Origin: Gaiellaceae bacterium | GTDB taxonomy: Bacteria; Actinomycetota; Thermoleophilia; Gaiellales; Gaiellaceae | Assembly (NCBI GenBank): GCA_050697715.1 | Contig: JBOHAJ010000271.1 | Location: forward strand, 1 to 31,850 | Direction of reading: 5' to 3' | DNA: 31,850 nucleotides | The notes under the pieces: generated by a model | Databases searched by the model: none | What the model saw: the letters and a program-made list of their open reading frames with translations, nothing else | Told to the model about the DNA's origin: nothing | Made by a program: the position numbers and the translations under genes | In this document: positions 10,178 to 20,357 of the stretch, piece after piece | How the letters are laid out: each line of letters starts with the position of its first letter | How positions within the stretch are numbered: the first letter of the stretch is position 1

Positions 10178-12700
10178 ATGTCTGAGATCGGGACCGGCCC
10201 GCTCGGACCCGGGCGGATCGAGCCGCGCGAGCTCGAGCAAGAGATGCGCTCGAGCTACCTCGACTACGCGATGTCCGTCATCGTCGGGCGGGCGCTGCCC
10301 GACGTCCGCGACGGACTGAAGCCCGTCCACCGCCGTGTCCTCTACGGGATGAACGAGGCCGGCATGCAGCCGAACAGGCCGTACAAGAAGTGCGCTCGCA
10401 TCGTCGGCGACGTGATGGGCTCCTTCCACCCGCACGGCGACCAGGCCATCTACGACACGCTCGTGCGGATGGCGCAGCCTTTCTCGCTGCGCTACCCGCT
10501 CGTGGACGGCCAGGGGAACTTCGGCTTCGATGTCGAGCCCGCCGCGGCGATGCGCTACACCGAATGCCGGCTCGCCCGCCTCGCCACCGAAATGCTGCGC
10601 GACATCGACGCGGACACGGTCGATTTCGTCCCGAACTACGACGAGTCGCGCCGGGAGCCGACCGTCCTGCCTGCGCGCTTTCCGAACCTGCTGGTGAACG
10701 GCTCGGCGGGAATCGCCGTCGGGATGGCGACCAACATGCCGTCGCACCGTCTGGCCGAGGTGATCGACGCGATCGTCGAGCTGATCGACAGGCCGACCGC
10801 GAACGTGGACGACCTGATGCGACACGTCCGCGGCCCGGACTTTCCTACCGGTGGGATCATCGTCGGCCGCGCGGGCATCCGCGACGCCTATCGCACGGGC
10901 CGCGGCCGGATCGTCATCCGCGCTCGTGCTCACATCGAGGAGCTGCGCGGCGGCAAGTCCTCGATCGTCGTCACGGAGCTTCCCTTCGGGGTTCGAGTCG
11001 GCGGCGACGGGGGCCTGATCCAGAAGATCGCCGACCTCGTCCAGGACAAGGTCATTCCGGAGATCTCGAACGTGGACGACTTCATCGACAAATCGGGCAT
11101 GCGCGTGGTGATCGAGCTCAAGCGCGACGCGGTCCCCAAGGTCGTCCTCAACAAGCTCTTCAAGCACACGTCGCTGCAGACGACGTTCGGCTACAACGCC
11201 GTCGCGCTCGTGGACGGTGTGCCGCGGACGCTGTCGCTGCTGGAGCTCGTGAGCCACTACCTCGGCTTCCAGCGCGAGGTCGTCACTCGCCGCTCGAAGT
11301 ACGAGCTACGCCGGGCCGAGGAGCGCGCGCACATCCTCCAGGGCTACCTGACCGCGCTCGACAATCTCGACGCCGTGATCGCGCTGATCCGCGGCTCGGC
11401 CGACGCGGACGCGGCGCGCCAGGGCCTCATGGACACGTTCGAGCTCACCGAGATCCAGGCTCAGGCAATCCTCGACCTCCGTCTCGCCCGGCTCACGAGC
11501 CTCGCGCGAAAGGAGATCGAGGACGAGTACGCCGACCTGCAGGAGCGGATCGGCGAGCTGCGGGCGATCCTCGGCGACCCGGCGAGGATCGACGCGCTGA
11601 TCCGGGAGGAGCTGCTCGAGCTCAAGGAGGTCTACGGGAGAGTGGACGACCGGCGGTCGGAGATCGTCGCCGCCGAGGGCGAGCTGGAGCTCGAGGACCT
11701 GATCGCCGAGGAGGACATGGTCATCGCGATCACTCGCTCCGGCTACGTCAAGCGCCTGCCCGTGACGACGTATCGGGAGCAGCGGCGCGGAGGCATAGGC
11801 GTCATGGGCATGGAGCTCAAGGACGAGGACTACATCGAGCACCTCTTCGTCGCCTCGACGCACGACTACCTTCTCTTCTTCACCTCCGTGGGCAAGGTCT
11901 ACAGGCTGAAGGTGCACGAGCTCCCGCTTGGCTCGCGGCAGTCGAAGGGCCGCGCGATCGTGAACCTCCTGCCCTTCCATCAGACCGAGACGATCCGGGC
12001 TGTAATCGCGACCCGGGACTTCAAGGACGCGCAGAACCTCCTCGCAGTGACCAGGAACGGGCTCGTGAAGAAGACGCGCTTCGAGGAGTACAACACTCCC
12101 CTCAAGGCGGACGGGATCATCGCGATCAAGCTTCGAGACGGCGACGAGCTCGTCGGCGTCCTCCACTCCTCCGGCGATGACGACGTCCTCATGGTCTCGC
12201 GGAAGGGCCAGGCGATCCGCTTCCACGAGAAGCTGGCGCGGCCGATGGGCCGTGCCACCTCAGGCGTCGCCGGCATGCGTCTGCGGAAGGGCGACGAAGT
12301 GATCGCCGCCGACATCGCGCGCAACGACGCCGATCTCCTCGTCGTAACCGAGAACGGCTTCGGCAAGCGGACGCGGATCGTCCAGTACCCGGTCAAGGGC
12401 CGCGGCGGGCTCGGGGTCAAGACCGTACAGCTCACCGAGGCGCGCGGCCAGCTTGCCGGCGCCCTCGTCGTCCGCGAGGGTCACCAGGTGATGCTGATCT
12501 CGACCGGCGGCACGGTGATCCGCATCCCGGCTGAGGGGATCAAGCAGAGTGGCCGGGCGACGCAGGGCGTGATCGTCATGCGCCTCCGCGAGGGCGAGCG
12601 GGTCTCGACACTCGCGCGCGTGGTCGAGTCGGACGCGAACGGCGCAACAGAAGAAGACGCGGGCGTGGAGCCGGACGGTGCGGCTCCCGCGGGCGTCTAG
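10178..12700 (+). CDS. gyrA: DNA gyrase subunit A
   Basis: [28 protein letters not shown] catalytic Tyr, GyrA-box QRRGGIG, C-terminal pinwheel repeats. Confidence 0.98.
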   Translation: MSEIGTGPLGPGRIEPRELEQEMRSSYLDYAMSVIVGRALPDVRDGLKPVHRRVLYGMNEAGMQPNRPYKKCARIVGDVMGSFHPHGDQAIYDTLVRMAQPFSLRYPLVDGQGNFGFDVEPAAAMRYTECRLARLATEMLRDIDADTVDFVPNYDESRREPTVLPARFPNLLVNGSAGIAVGMATNMPSHRLAEVIDAIVELIDRPTANVDDLMRHVRGPDFPTGGIIVGRAGIRDAYRTGRGRIVIRARAHIEELRGGKSSIVVTELPFGVRVGGDGGLIQKIADLVQDKVIPEISNVDDFIDKSGMRVVIELKRDAVPKVVLNKLFKHTSLQTTFGYNAVALVDGVPRTLSLLELVSHYLGFQREVVTRRSKYELRRAEERAHILQGYLTALDNLDAVIALIRGSADADAARQGLMDTFELTEIQAQAILDLRLARLTSLARKEIEDEYADLQERIGELRAILGDPARIDALIREELLELKEVYGRVDDRRSEIVAAEGELELEDLIAEEDMVIAITRSGYVKRLPVTTYREQRRGGIGVMGMELKDEDYIEHLFVASTHDYLLFFTSVGKVYRLKVHELPLGSRQSKGRAIVNLLPFHQTETIRAVIATRDFKDAQNLLAVTRNGLVKKTRFEEYNTPLKADGIIAIKLRDGDELVGVLHSSGDDDVLMVSRKGQAIRFHEKLARPMGRATSGVAGMRLRKGDEVIAADIARNDADLLVVTENGFGKRTRIVQYPVKGRGGLGVKTVQLTEARGQLAGALVVREGHQVMLISTGGTVIRIPAEGIKQSGRATQGVIVMRLREGERVSTLARVVESDANGATEEDAGVEPDGAAPAGV

Positions 12701-12740
12701 CCGCGACGCTCGTCCCGCCCAGAGCACGTCGCCGGATTTC
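12701..12740 (+). terminator. Possible weak terminator hairpin after gyrA
   Basis: GCGACG-CTC...GAG-CA-CGTCGC imperfect stem followed by a short ATTT. Confidence 0.25.
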
Positions 12741-12817
12741 CTGGGTCATTCTCCCAACTGGCGGCCGGACCGTGCTAGCGTAGATCCCACTCCCCCCGCT
12801 TCGAAAAGGGTGCCGCT

Positions 12818-13135
12818 ATGAGTTCTGCCCGCCAGGTCGACCTGCTCGATCCCATCGACCTCTCGGAGCACCTCGACAAGGTCGAGCTCTACCTCGGGCA
12901 GGTGTGCCAGATCGCCGGGATCTCGAAGATGCAGCTCGACTACTGGACGACGAAGGCGCAGATCCCCACGAAGGGGCGCAAGCAGCGCATCTACGACATG
13001 GACGCCGTCGAGATCGTGATGCTCATCAAGCAGGGGAAGGACAAGGGGCTCAACCTCGCGACTGCGATCGACGCCGCGCGCAAGTTCAAGGCCGAGCGGG
13101 CGCCCCGCCGCCCCGAGCCCGTCGCCGCCGGCTAG
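12818..13135 (+). CDS. Small MerR-like helix-turn-helix DNA-binding protein
   Basis: LYLGQVCQIAGISKMQLDYW...QRIYDMDAV..IKQ..DKGLNL fits the MerR winged HTH; extended -10 TGcTAGCGT at 12773-12781 and AAAGGG SD upstream. Confidence 0.8.
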   Translation: MSSARQVDLLDPIDLSEHLDKVELYLGQVCQIAGISKMQLDYWTTKAQIPTKGRKQRIYDMDAVEIVMLIKQGKDKGLNLATAIDAARKFKAERAPRRPEPVAAG

Positions 13136-13165
13136 CTTTTCCGCAGGAGCCCGGCCGGCGCGAGG

Positions 13166-14134
13166 CTAGGCCCCGCGGAGCACGCCCGCCGCCGACTCGG
13201 GCGCGAGCGTGTTCACGTAATAGCCGGATCCCAGCTCCAGACCTGCGAGGACGGTGAAGCGGGGCATGACCTCGAGGTGCCAGTGTCCGGCTGCGTGCAG
13301 CCACACGTTCAGGGAAACGTCTCCCTCGGCCACGCGCAGACGGCGGACGCCCTCGGCTGCGAGCCCGAGCGCGTCGCCAAGCCGCTCGCTGGTGAAGGGA
13401 TCGGTCTCGCACTCGCGCGGGGCGGTGAGCATCTCGTACGGCTGGCGGCCGGCGAAGGGACAGAGGAGGACCAGACCGTCGCGTTCGTCCACCACCCGGA
13501 TGCGCTGCTCGAGCTCCCCGCCGAGGACGCGACAGAGGACGCAGCCGCCCGCGTCCTCCTGCGCGCGCCGCTCCTGGGTGACGAGCGGGGGCTCTTCCTC
13601 GAGCCAGACGAGCTGGGAGTGGCTGTGAGGGAGGCTGGCGCCGCCGCCTCTGCCCTCGTTGACGATCGTGTGAACGTAGGCGAAGCCGGCCTCGCGCGCG
13701 GTCTCGGCGCGAGCCTGCCACGCCAGGGCGACCTGCTCGAGCTCGCGGCCGCTGAGGTCGGCGATCGTTCGCACGTGCCGGGGCGAGTGGATCACGACCT
13801 CCTGCCGCCCGACGGCGGCGCGTCGCGCGAAAAGGCCTTCGTCGCGGTCGCCTTCACGCGACCAGGGGCCGAAGGCGGGGAACTTGTTCGGGACGACCCG
13901 TACCCGCCAGCCGGGCGTGTCAGGTGCGCGGCCGGTCCGCCCGAGCGCGAACGTCTCGGGAGGCGTGGCGGTCTCGCGTCCCTCGCAGAACGGGCAGCCG
14001 GCAACGTCGTCCTCACGCACGGGCCTTCCGTCGGGCCGTGGTGCCCCCGGCCTGCGCGCGCGGGCGGGCGCGATCACGACCCAGCGCCCCGAGACAGCGT
14101 CGCGGCGCAGCTCCGGCGGCGTGCCTTCGATCAG
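13166..14134 (-). CDS. galT: Galactose-1-phosphate uridylyltransferase-like (GalT/HIT family); likely CTG start at 14134
   Basis: [47 protein letters not shown] active site, [17 protein letters not shown]. Confidence 0.85.
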   Translation of the reverse strand: MIEGTPPELRRDAVSGRWVVIAPARARRPGAPRPDGRPVREDDVAGCPFCEGRETATPPETFALGRTGRAPDTPGWRVRVVPNKFPAFGPWSREGDRDEGLFARRAAVGRQEVVIHSPRHVRTIADLSGRELEQVALAWQARAETAREAGFAYVHTIVNEGRGGGASLPHSHSQLVWLEEEPPLVTQERRAQEDAGGCVLCRVLGGELEQRIRVVDERDGLVLLCPFAGRQPYEMLTAPRECETDPFTSERLGDALGLAAEGVRRLRVAEGDVSLNVWLHAAGHWHLEVMPRFTVLAGLELGSGYYVNTLAPESAAGVLRGA

Positions 14135-14901
14135 CTCGCTTCCCGGTTGCCGCCGCCCATCAGCGGCGTGAAGAGCTCGATGGGGAGCGGCAGGATGATG
14201 GTGGACGACCGCTCGGAGCTGATCTCCAGCATCGTCTGTAGGAAGCGGAGCTGGAGCGACATGGGATTCGTGGCCAGCACCGCGGCGGCGTCCTTGAGCC
14301 GCTCGGAGGCCTGGAACTCACCCTCGGCCGCGATCACCTTGGCGCGCCGCTCGCGCTCGGCCTCGGCCTGGCGGGCCATCGCCCGCTGCATCCCGCTCGG
14401 GATCTCGACGTCCTTCACCTCGACAATGGAGACCTTGATGCCCCAAGGCGACGTCGCCTCGTCGATGATCTCCTGCAGGATCGCGTTGATCTTGTCCCGC
14501 TCGGCGAGGAGCTCGTCGAGCACGTGCTGGCCGAGCACGCTCCGCAGCGTGGTCTGGGAGATCTGGGAAGTGGCGACCATGAAGTTCTCCACCTGGACGA
14601 TCGCCTTCTCCGGGTCGATGATGCGGAAGTAGGCGACCGCGTTGACCCGTACGGGGACGTTGTCCTTCGTGATCACCTCTTGCGGCGGGATGTTCAGCGT
14701 CACCGTGCGCAGGTCGACGCGCACCATCTTGTCGATGATCGGGATGAGGAAGAAGAGCCCCGGCCCCTTGGGCGGAGAGTGCAGGCGGCCGAGACGGAAG
14801 ATCACGCCCCGCTCGTACTCGCGGGCGACGCGAACGGACGCGGACACGAGCAGGAGCAGCAGAACGACGACGGCGGCGATGGCTATGAGTGCGGCGGTCA
14901 C
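14131..14901 (-). CDS. Slipin/stomatin-family SPFH membrane protein
   Basis: N-terminal [56 protein letters not shown]. Confidence 0.93.
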   Translation of the reverse strand: MTAALIAIAAVVVLLLLLVSASVRVAREYERGVIFRLGRLHSPPKGPGLFFLIPIIDKMVRVDLRTVTLNIPPQEVITKDNVPVRVNAVAYFRIIDPEKAIVQVENFMVATSQISQTTLRSVLGQHVLDELLAERDKINAILQEIIDEATSPWGIKVSIVEVKDVEIPSGMQRAMARQAEAERERRAKVIAAEGEFQASERLKDAAAVLATNPMSLQLRFLQTMLEISSERSSTIILPLPIELFTPLMGGGNREAS

Positions 14902-14932
14902 TCGGGCACGGAGTCCTTTCTCGGGGGCGGGT

Positions 14933-16252
14933 CTATCCTACGGCGGCGGGCACGTCGGCGCGGCTGACCTCGAGGACGAGTCCCTCCTCGACCGCCTCGA
15001 CGCGCACGTGGTCGCCGGGGGCAAGCGGCTCGCCGCTCGTGCGGGCCCTCCAGATCTCGCCGTGGACGAAGATCGACCCGGAGGGGTCGAGGGCTGAGCG
15101 GACGACACCGACCTCGCCCAGGAGCTCCTCGCGGCCGCTCTTCGCAGGTGCGCGGCGCGCCTGCACGACCTTCGTCACCGCGAACGCGGTCAGGAGCGCA
15201 AGGGTGCCGCTGACGGCGAGAGCGACCCAGATCGAGACCTGGTAGGCCGGTCCGGCCGGATCGAAGAGCATCAGCGAGCCGACGACGAAGCTGACCGCTC
15301 CGGCGAGCGCGAGAGCGCCGTGGCTCGTGACGAACGCCTCGGCAGCGAAGAACACGGCGGCGAGCAGGAGCAGGAGCACGCCCGCCCAGCTCACGGGCAG
15401 CACCTGGAGTCCGAAGAGGCCGACGATGAGGGAGATGGCGCCCGCCGTTCCCGGGAAGATCAGGCCGGGATTGAAGATCTCGACCGTGATTCCCAGCACG
15501 CCGAGCGACATGAGGAGGACGATGATGTTCGGGTCGATGACCGTGTCGAGGATGCGCTTCCAGAGCGACATCTCGATCGTGTCGATCTCAGCGCCGGCCG
15601 TCCGTAGGACGAGCCCTTTCGGCGTGGTGCGCGTGCCGTCGATCTCGTTGAGGAGGCTGGGGAGGTCGGGCGCGACGAAGTCCACCACGTTCTGCTCGAG
15701 CGCGTCCTGCGCACCCAGGTTCGAGGCCACCCGTACAGCACGCTCGGCCCAGTCACCGTTCCGGCCGTGCTCCTCGGCGAGCTCCCGGATGTACGCGGCC
15801 GCATCGTTGACGACCTTGCGCTTGAGATCGCTGGGGATCTCTCCGCCGCCGACGGCGACCGGCGTCGACGAGCCGATGTTCGTCTGCGGCGCCATGGCGG
15901 CGACGTCGGCGGCCATGGCGAGGAAGACGCCGGCCGAGGCCGCCCGCGAGCCGGGAGGATAGACGTAGACGACCACCGGAACCTCCGCCGCCAGCTCCTC
16001 CTTGATGATCGCGCGCATGGAGGAGTCGAGGCCGCCGGGGGTGTCCATGAGAAGGACGACGGCGTCGTATCCCTCCCGCTCCCCGCGCTCGATGGCGCCG
16101 ACGAGGTAGTCCTTCGTGACCGGGTTGATGTCGTTGGAGAACTCGACGGCGAGCACGCGCGGCCGCTCGTCTCCGGCGGACGCGGCCCCGGCGAGGAGGG
16201 CACCGGTCGAGACCAGGGCGACTAGCGCGAAAAATGCCCGGACAACCGGCAT
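14933..16252 (-). CDS. nfeD: NfeD-family membrane-bound ClpP-class serine protease (long form)
   Basis: Signal peptide, [27 protein letters not shown] bundle, C-terminal OB fold (FVHGEIWRA); classic pairing with slipin. Confidence 0.92.
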   Translation of the reverse strand: MPVVRAFFALVALVSTGALLAGAASAGDERPRVLAVEFSNDINPVTKDYLVGAIERGEREGYDAVVLLMDTPGGLDSSMRAIIKEELAAEVPVVVYVYPPGSRAASAGVFLAMAADVAAMAPQTNIGSSTPVAVGGGEIPSDLKRKVVNDAAAYIRELAEEHGRNGDWAERAVRVASNLGAQDALEQNVVDFVAPDLPSLLNEIDGTRTTPKGLVLRTAGAEIDTIEMSLWKRILDTVIDPNIIVLLMSLGVLGITVEIFNPGLIFPGTAGAISLIVGLFGLQVLPVSWAGVLLLLLAAVFFAAEAFVTSHGALALAGAVSFVVGSLMLFDPAGPAYQVSIWVALAVSGTLALLTAFAVTKVVQARRAPAKSGREELLGEVGVVRSALDPSGSIFVHGEIWRARTSGEPLAPGDHVRVEAVEEGLVLEVSRADVPAAVG

Positions 16253-16341
16253 TTCTAGTGTAAAGATTCTACCAGGGTCGTGCCGATGTCCTTAGGGACG
16301 GATGACCCTGTCAGCGTGCGAAGGAGGCCCGCCGCCGTCCG

Positions 16342-18513
16342 ATGCCGATCCGAAGCCTTTTCCCCACGGCCGTCTTCATCGCGCTTCTCCTTCCGGCAGG
16401 GGCGTCCGCCGGCGTGCGCCTCGTTCCGCGCGAGGAGCCCGCCGGCGCCGTGCGAGCGCGTCTCGCCCGCCTCGCCCCGCTCGCGTTCAACATGGTCGGC
16501 ATCCACTGGCTCGGCGCCGGCGAAGTCTGGTTCCGAACCGCTGCCGAGCGGGGCCGGTGGAGTCCCTGGCGCCCCGCGCGGCCCGAGGACGAGGACCTAC
16601 CGGACCTCGGCACCGACGAGGCGACGCGCTCGGGCGGCTGGAACGTAGGGAACCCCTACTGGACGGACGACGCTCGCTGGATTCAGTACCGGGCGACCGG
16701 TCCCGTCTGGCGGGTGCGGACGTTCTTCATCGAGAGCCCGGTGGGCCAGGCTGCAAACGCGGCGTCTGCCGGGGCGGGGAGCGCGGTTAGGACGACGATG
16801 CCGGCGATCGTCCGCCGCCCGCAGTGGGGCGCGGATGAGACGATCGTGCGGGGCGCGCCGTCGTATGCAGATCGCCTCCGCCTGGCGATCGTACACCACA
16901 CGGCCGGGACGAACAGCTACTCGGCCTCGCAGTCCGCGGCGATCGTGCGCGGCATCCAGCGCTACCACGTGGTCGGCAACGGCTGGGACGACATCGGCTA
17001 CAACTTTCTCGTCGACAAGTACGGCCGCGTCTTCGAAGGTCGCGGAGGGGGTCTCGCGAAGAACGTCATCGGCGCGCACGCGCAAGGGTTCAACACGGGC
17101 AGCGCGGGCGTGGCGGTGCTGGGGACGTACGAGGGCGGCGGGATCTCTTCCTCCGCGCGGGCGGCGCTTCGGAAGCTTCTCGCCTGGCGGCTCGACGTGG
17201 CCCACGTCGATCCGCTCTCGCAGCTGACGTTCGCGTCCTACGGCAACCCGCGCTTCGCCGAAGGGGCGAAAGTGCGTCTGCGCGCCGTCTCGGGACACCG
17301 GGATACGGGCTACACGAGTTGCCCCGGTGCCTTCCTGTACGGCCAGCTCGGCTCGCTTGCCGCCGGAGCCGCCGCCATCGGCCTCCCGAAGCTCTACAAC
17401 CCGCGGGCGAGCGGCATTCTCGGAGGCCTGGTTCGTTTCACTGGGCGGCTCTCCGCGGCGCGGGCCTGGCTCGTGGAGGTGAAGGACTCGACCGGCGCCG
17501 TCGTCGCCCACCGGAACGGCAGCGGGACCGCCGTGGACTGGACGTGGGACTCCTCCTCCACCCCGCTCGACGCGTACACCTATCTCATGAGCTCCGGCGC
17601 CGAGGTGCGACCGGCGAGCGGCCCCGTGCCCGCGCCGCCGCCCCTCGACGTCACAGGCCTGAGCGCGTCACCGAAGGCGCTGACGCCGAACGGCGACTGG
17701 AGCGGCGAGCGGACGCGCGTCTCGTTCTCGCTGACGCGTCGCGCGACCGTCACCGCCACGGTCGTGAAGGCGGGCACCGGCGCGATTGTCCGGACGTTGC
17801 TTCCGGAGCAGGAGCGTCCGCGCGGCGCGGTGACGCTCTTCTGGTACGGGAGAACGGCCGGGGGCTCGTTCGTCTCCGACGGCCGCTATCGCGTCCAGGT
17901 GTCGGCCGAGTCGGGCTCGGAGCAGGTGTCGCGCAGGCGCACCGTCGTGGTCGATCGCACGCTTGCCGCCCTCGCCGCCTCGCCCGCCGTCTTCTCCCCG
18001 AACGGCGACGGACACCGCGAGCGCCTCTCGGTCTCCTTCGAGCTCACCCGCCCGGCTGACGTGCGGGTTCAGATTCGCCGACGTGGGATGCCCGTACGCC
18101 TGCTCTTGACCGGTTCGCTCGCGGCCGGCGCCCACGCGGCCTCCTGGGACGGGCGAACGGGCGGCGGCGGACGTGCCTCCGACGGCGGCTATGAGGCGGT
18201 CGTGCTCGCCACGACCTCCTTCGGCACCCGCACGCTCGCGCGGCCTGTCCGGCTCGACACGACCGGCCCGCAGACGCGAGTCCTCTCGCTTCGTGTCGTG
18301 GACGGGGTCACGCGTCTGCGCTTCTGGCTGAGTGAGCCCGCCCGTCTCCGCATCTGGTACGGACAACACAGGTGGTACGACGGCGACTCGCTCGTACGGA
18401 AGCGCCCGGCCGGAGACCAGGCGTTCTGGCGTCGGGGCTCCTTCGGGGTCGTGCGCCTCGTCCCGCGCGACGAGGCCGGCAACTCCGGCGCCGCCGTCGT
18501 ATTCCAGCGCTAG
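16342..18513 (+). CDS. Secreted N-acetylmuramoyl-L-alanine amidase (Amidase_2/PGRP-like) with two FlgD-like Ig domains
   Basis: Signal peptide, VHHTAG, GWDDIGYNFLVD, GAHAQGFN, GHRD...TSCPG Zn ligands; repeats with TPNGD/SPNGDG, VR.L, W.GRT, DG.Y; AAGGAGG upstream. Confidence 0.88.
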   Translation: MPIRSLFPTAVFIALLLPAGASAGVRLVPREEPAGAVRARLARLAPLAFNMVGIHWLGAGEVWFRTAAERGRWSPWRPARPEDEDLPDLGTDEATRSGGWNVGNPYWTDDARWIQYRATGPVWRVRTFFIESPVGQAANAASAGAGSAVRTTMPAIVRRPQWGADETIVRGAPSYADRLRLAIVHHTAGTNSYSASQSAAIVRGIQRYHVVGNGWDDIGYNFLVDKYGRVFEGRGGGLAKNVIGAHAQGFNTGSAGVAVLGTYEGGGISSSARAALRKLLAWRLDVAHVDPLSQLTFASYGNPRFAEGAKVRLRAVSGHRDTGYTSCPGAFLYGQLGSLAAGAAAIGLPKLYNPRASGILGGLVRFTGRLSAARAWLVEVKDSTGAVVAHRNGSGTAVDWTWDSSSTPLDAYTYLMSSGAEVRPASGPVPAPPPLDVTGLSASPKALTPNGDWSGERTRVSFSLTRRATVTATVVKAGTGAIVRTLLPEQERPRGAVTLFWYGRTAGGSFVSDGRYRVQVSAESGSEQVSRRRTVVVDRTLAALAASPAVFSPNGDGHRERLSVSFELTRPADVRVQIRRRGMPVRLLLTGSLAAGAHAASWDGRTGGGGRASDGGYEAVVLATTSFGTRTLARPVRLDTTGPQTRVLSLRVVDGVTRLRFWLSEPARLRIWYGQHRWYDGDSLVRKRPAGDQAFWRRGSFGVVRLVPRDEAGNSGAAVVFQR

Positions 18514-18516
18514 CGC

Positions 18517-19263
18517 CTAGCGCTCGAACAGAACCTCGCCGCTCTCGACGAGGCGGCGCTCTCCTCCCAGGTCGATTTCGAGTCGCCCGCTGCGGTCGAT
18601 GGCGACGCAGTAGCCCACCTGTCCGTCGACGGTCACCTTGCGGCCGCGCAGGAAGTCGCGCGCGCCGAGGCCGTCGTAGATCGCGTCGAGCGCTCCCTTG
18701 CCCCAGAGGTCGTACGCGCGCTCGAGCGCCCCCAGCAGGTCGGCAAGGATCGGCGCCCGCTCGCGGCGGACTCCGTCCACGGTGCGAAGAGAGCCCGGGG
18801 GGACGGTCGTTTCGGCCGGCAGCTCGTCACGCGTTTGGTTCACGTTGAGGCCGATCCCGAGGACGACCGCACCGCCCGCGGCCTCCGCGAGCACACCTGC
18901 CACCTTGCGCCGGTTGAGCATGACGTCGTTCGGCCACTTGATCTGCGCGGCCAAGCCCGTCGCCCGCTCGACGGCTTCCGCGGCGGCGAGCCCACCGACC
19001 AGGGAGAGCTCGGCCATCCGCCGATCCGGCGGCGGGCGGAGCAGCACCGAGCAGAGGAGGGCCGTGCCGGGCGGCGCCTGCCAGGTCCGGCCGAGCCGGC
19101 CGCGTCCTGCCGTCTGGTGGTCGCACACGGCCACGGCGCCCTCGTCCATGCTCGGGTCGAGCAGGAGCTGGGAGGAAGAGCACTGCGCCTCGTAGATGAA
19201 CGGCCGCCCGAAGCCGCCGCCGAGTAGAGGCTGGACGGCTTCTGGAGCGAGGGAATCCGCCAT
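18517..19263 (-). CDS. birA: Biotin--[acetyl-CoA carboxylase] ligase, no N-terminal HTH
   Basis: QTAGRGRLGRTW, IKWPNDV, KVAGVLAE, GIGLNVN, GEV C-terminus. Confidence 0.95.
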   Translation of the reverse strand: MADSLAPEAVQPLLGGGFGRPFIYEAQCSSSQLLLDPSMDEGAVAVCDHQTAGRGRLGRTWQAPPGTALLCSVLLRPPPDRRMAELSLVGGLAAAEAVERATGLAAQIKWPNDVMLNRRKVAGVLAEAAGGAVVLGIGLNVNQTRDELPAETTVPPGSLRTVDGVRRERAPILADLLGALERAYDLWGKGALDAIYDGLGARDFLRGRKVTVDGQVGYCVAIDRSGRLEIDLGGERRLVESGEVLFER

Positions 19264-19274
19264 CGGGACGCGGC

Positions 19275-19281
19275 TAGACTA
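19275..19281. promoter_or_regulatory. Overlapping bidirectional -10 elements (TAGACT plus, TAGTCT minus)
   Basis: TAGACTA lies in the 26-bp gap between divergent birA and the sigma gene. Confidence 0.5.
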
Positions 19282-19289
19282 CCCCCGTC

Positions 19290-19907
19290 GTGCAACCGTC
19301 CGCAGCTCCCGCGCGTCAGTTCGACCAGGAGGCGCCTCGCGCGCGCCCGTTCGCGTACCAGAAGCTCACCGACGTGGAGCTTGTCACGAAGGCCACCAGC
19401 GGAGACCGTAGCGCTCTCGACGTGCTCGTCGAGCGCTACGCCCCGCGGGTGAACAGGCTGGCCGCGCAGCTCCTCGGCGATCTCGAGGAGGCCCGGGACG
19501 CGGCCCAGGAGTCTCTCGTCAAGCTCTGCACACGCCTGAAGCAGTTCCGCGGGGAGGCGCAGTTCGCGACCTGGCTGCACCGCCTCGTCGTCAACACGTG
19601 CCGCGACCGGATCGCCCGTCAGCGCCTTCGCCAGGCGGAGCCGCTCGACCTCGCCGCCGAGCCGGCGGGGGAGGAGAGCGATCCCTGGCGCGCCGCGCTC
19701 CTCGCGGACGCGCGCCGCGAGCTCGCCGTCGCCCTCGCTCGGCTCTCGCAGAACCAGCGAGCCGCCGTCGTGCTCCGCGACGCCTTCGGGTTCACGTACG
19801 AGGAGATCTCGCGCATCGCGCGCATGCCGGTCGGAACTGCGAAGTGCTACGTCCACCGGGCTCGCGGGAGGCTGCGCGCGCGGCTCGAGGAGAACTCCGA
19901 AGCGTGA
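19290..19907 (+). CDS. ECF-type RNA polymerase sigma-70 factor
   Basis: Region 2 EARDAAQE...QFRGEAQFATWLHRLVVNTCRD; region 4 LSQNQRAAVVLRD.FGFTYEEI....PVGTAKCYVHRAR. Confidence 0.93.
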   Translation: MQPSAAPARQFDQEAPRARPFAYQKLTDVELVTKATSGDRSALDVLVERYAPRVNRLAAQLLGDLEEARDAAQESLVKLCTRLKQFRGEAQFATWLHRLVVNTCRDRIARQRLRQAEPLDLAAEPAGEESDPWRAALLADARRELAVALARLSQNQRAAVVLRDAFGFTYEEISRIARMPVGTAKCYVHRARGRLRARLEENSEA

Positions 19908-20353
19908 CCTTTGCGCTTCCCCTGGCCCGGCGGGAGATCGAGCAAATCCTTCCGCACCGAGACCCGTTCCTCCTCCTCGACGAGGTGCTCGTGCTCGAGC
20001 CGGGCGTCCGCGTGGTCGCGCGCAAGACGGTGCGCCAGGACGAGTGGTACCTCGCGGGCCACTTTCCGGGCCGCCCGATCATGCCCGGCGTGCTCATGGT
20101 CGAGGCGATGGCCCAGACGGGGGCGGTGGCCGTTCTGGCCGACGAGGAGAACCGCGGCAAGCTCGCGCTCTTCGCCGGGATCGACGACGTGCGCTTCAAG
20201 CGAGTCGTGGAGCCGGGCGACACTCTCGAGCTGACGTGCGAGCTGGAGCGGGTACGCGGGCCGATCGGCCGCGGGCGTGCGACGGCAACCGTGGACGGCG
20301 AGCTCGCCGTACGAGGAACGCTCACGTTCGCCGTAGCGGAGCAGGACGTTTAG
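19904..20353 (+). CDS. fabZ: 3-hydroxyacyl-ACP dehydratase
   Basis: LPHRDPFLLLD, GHFPGRPIMPGVLMVEAMAQ, RFKRVVEPGD; GTG 19904 overlaps sigma stop (GTGA). Confidence 0.96.
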   Translation: MTFALPLARREIEQILPHRDPFLLLDEVLVLEPGVRVVARKTVRQDEWYLAGHFPGRPIMPGVLMVEAMAQTGAVAVLADEENRGKLALFAGIDDVRFKRVVEPGDTLELTCELERVRGPIGRGRATATVDGELAVRGTLTFAVAEQDV

Positions 20354-20357
20354 CTCG

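Noticed and set aside
12701..12817. Possible tRNA after gyrA, a frequent position in Actinomycetota
   Set aside because: No cloverleaf, T-loop GTTCRA or CCA end recognisable
18506..18524. 8-bp inverted repeat AGCGCTAG-CGC-CTAGCGCT at the amidase/birA convergence
   Set aside because: Largely produced by both genes ending in CGC-TAG; no U-tracts
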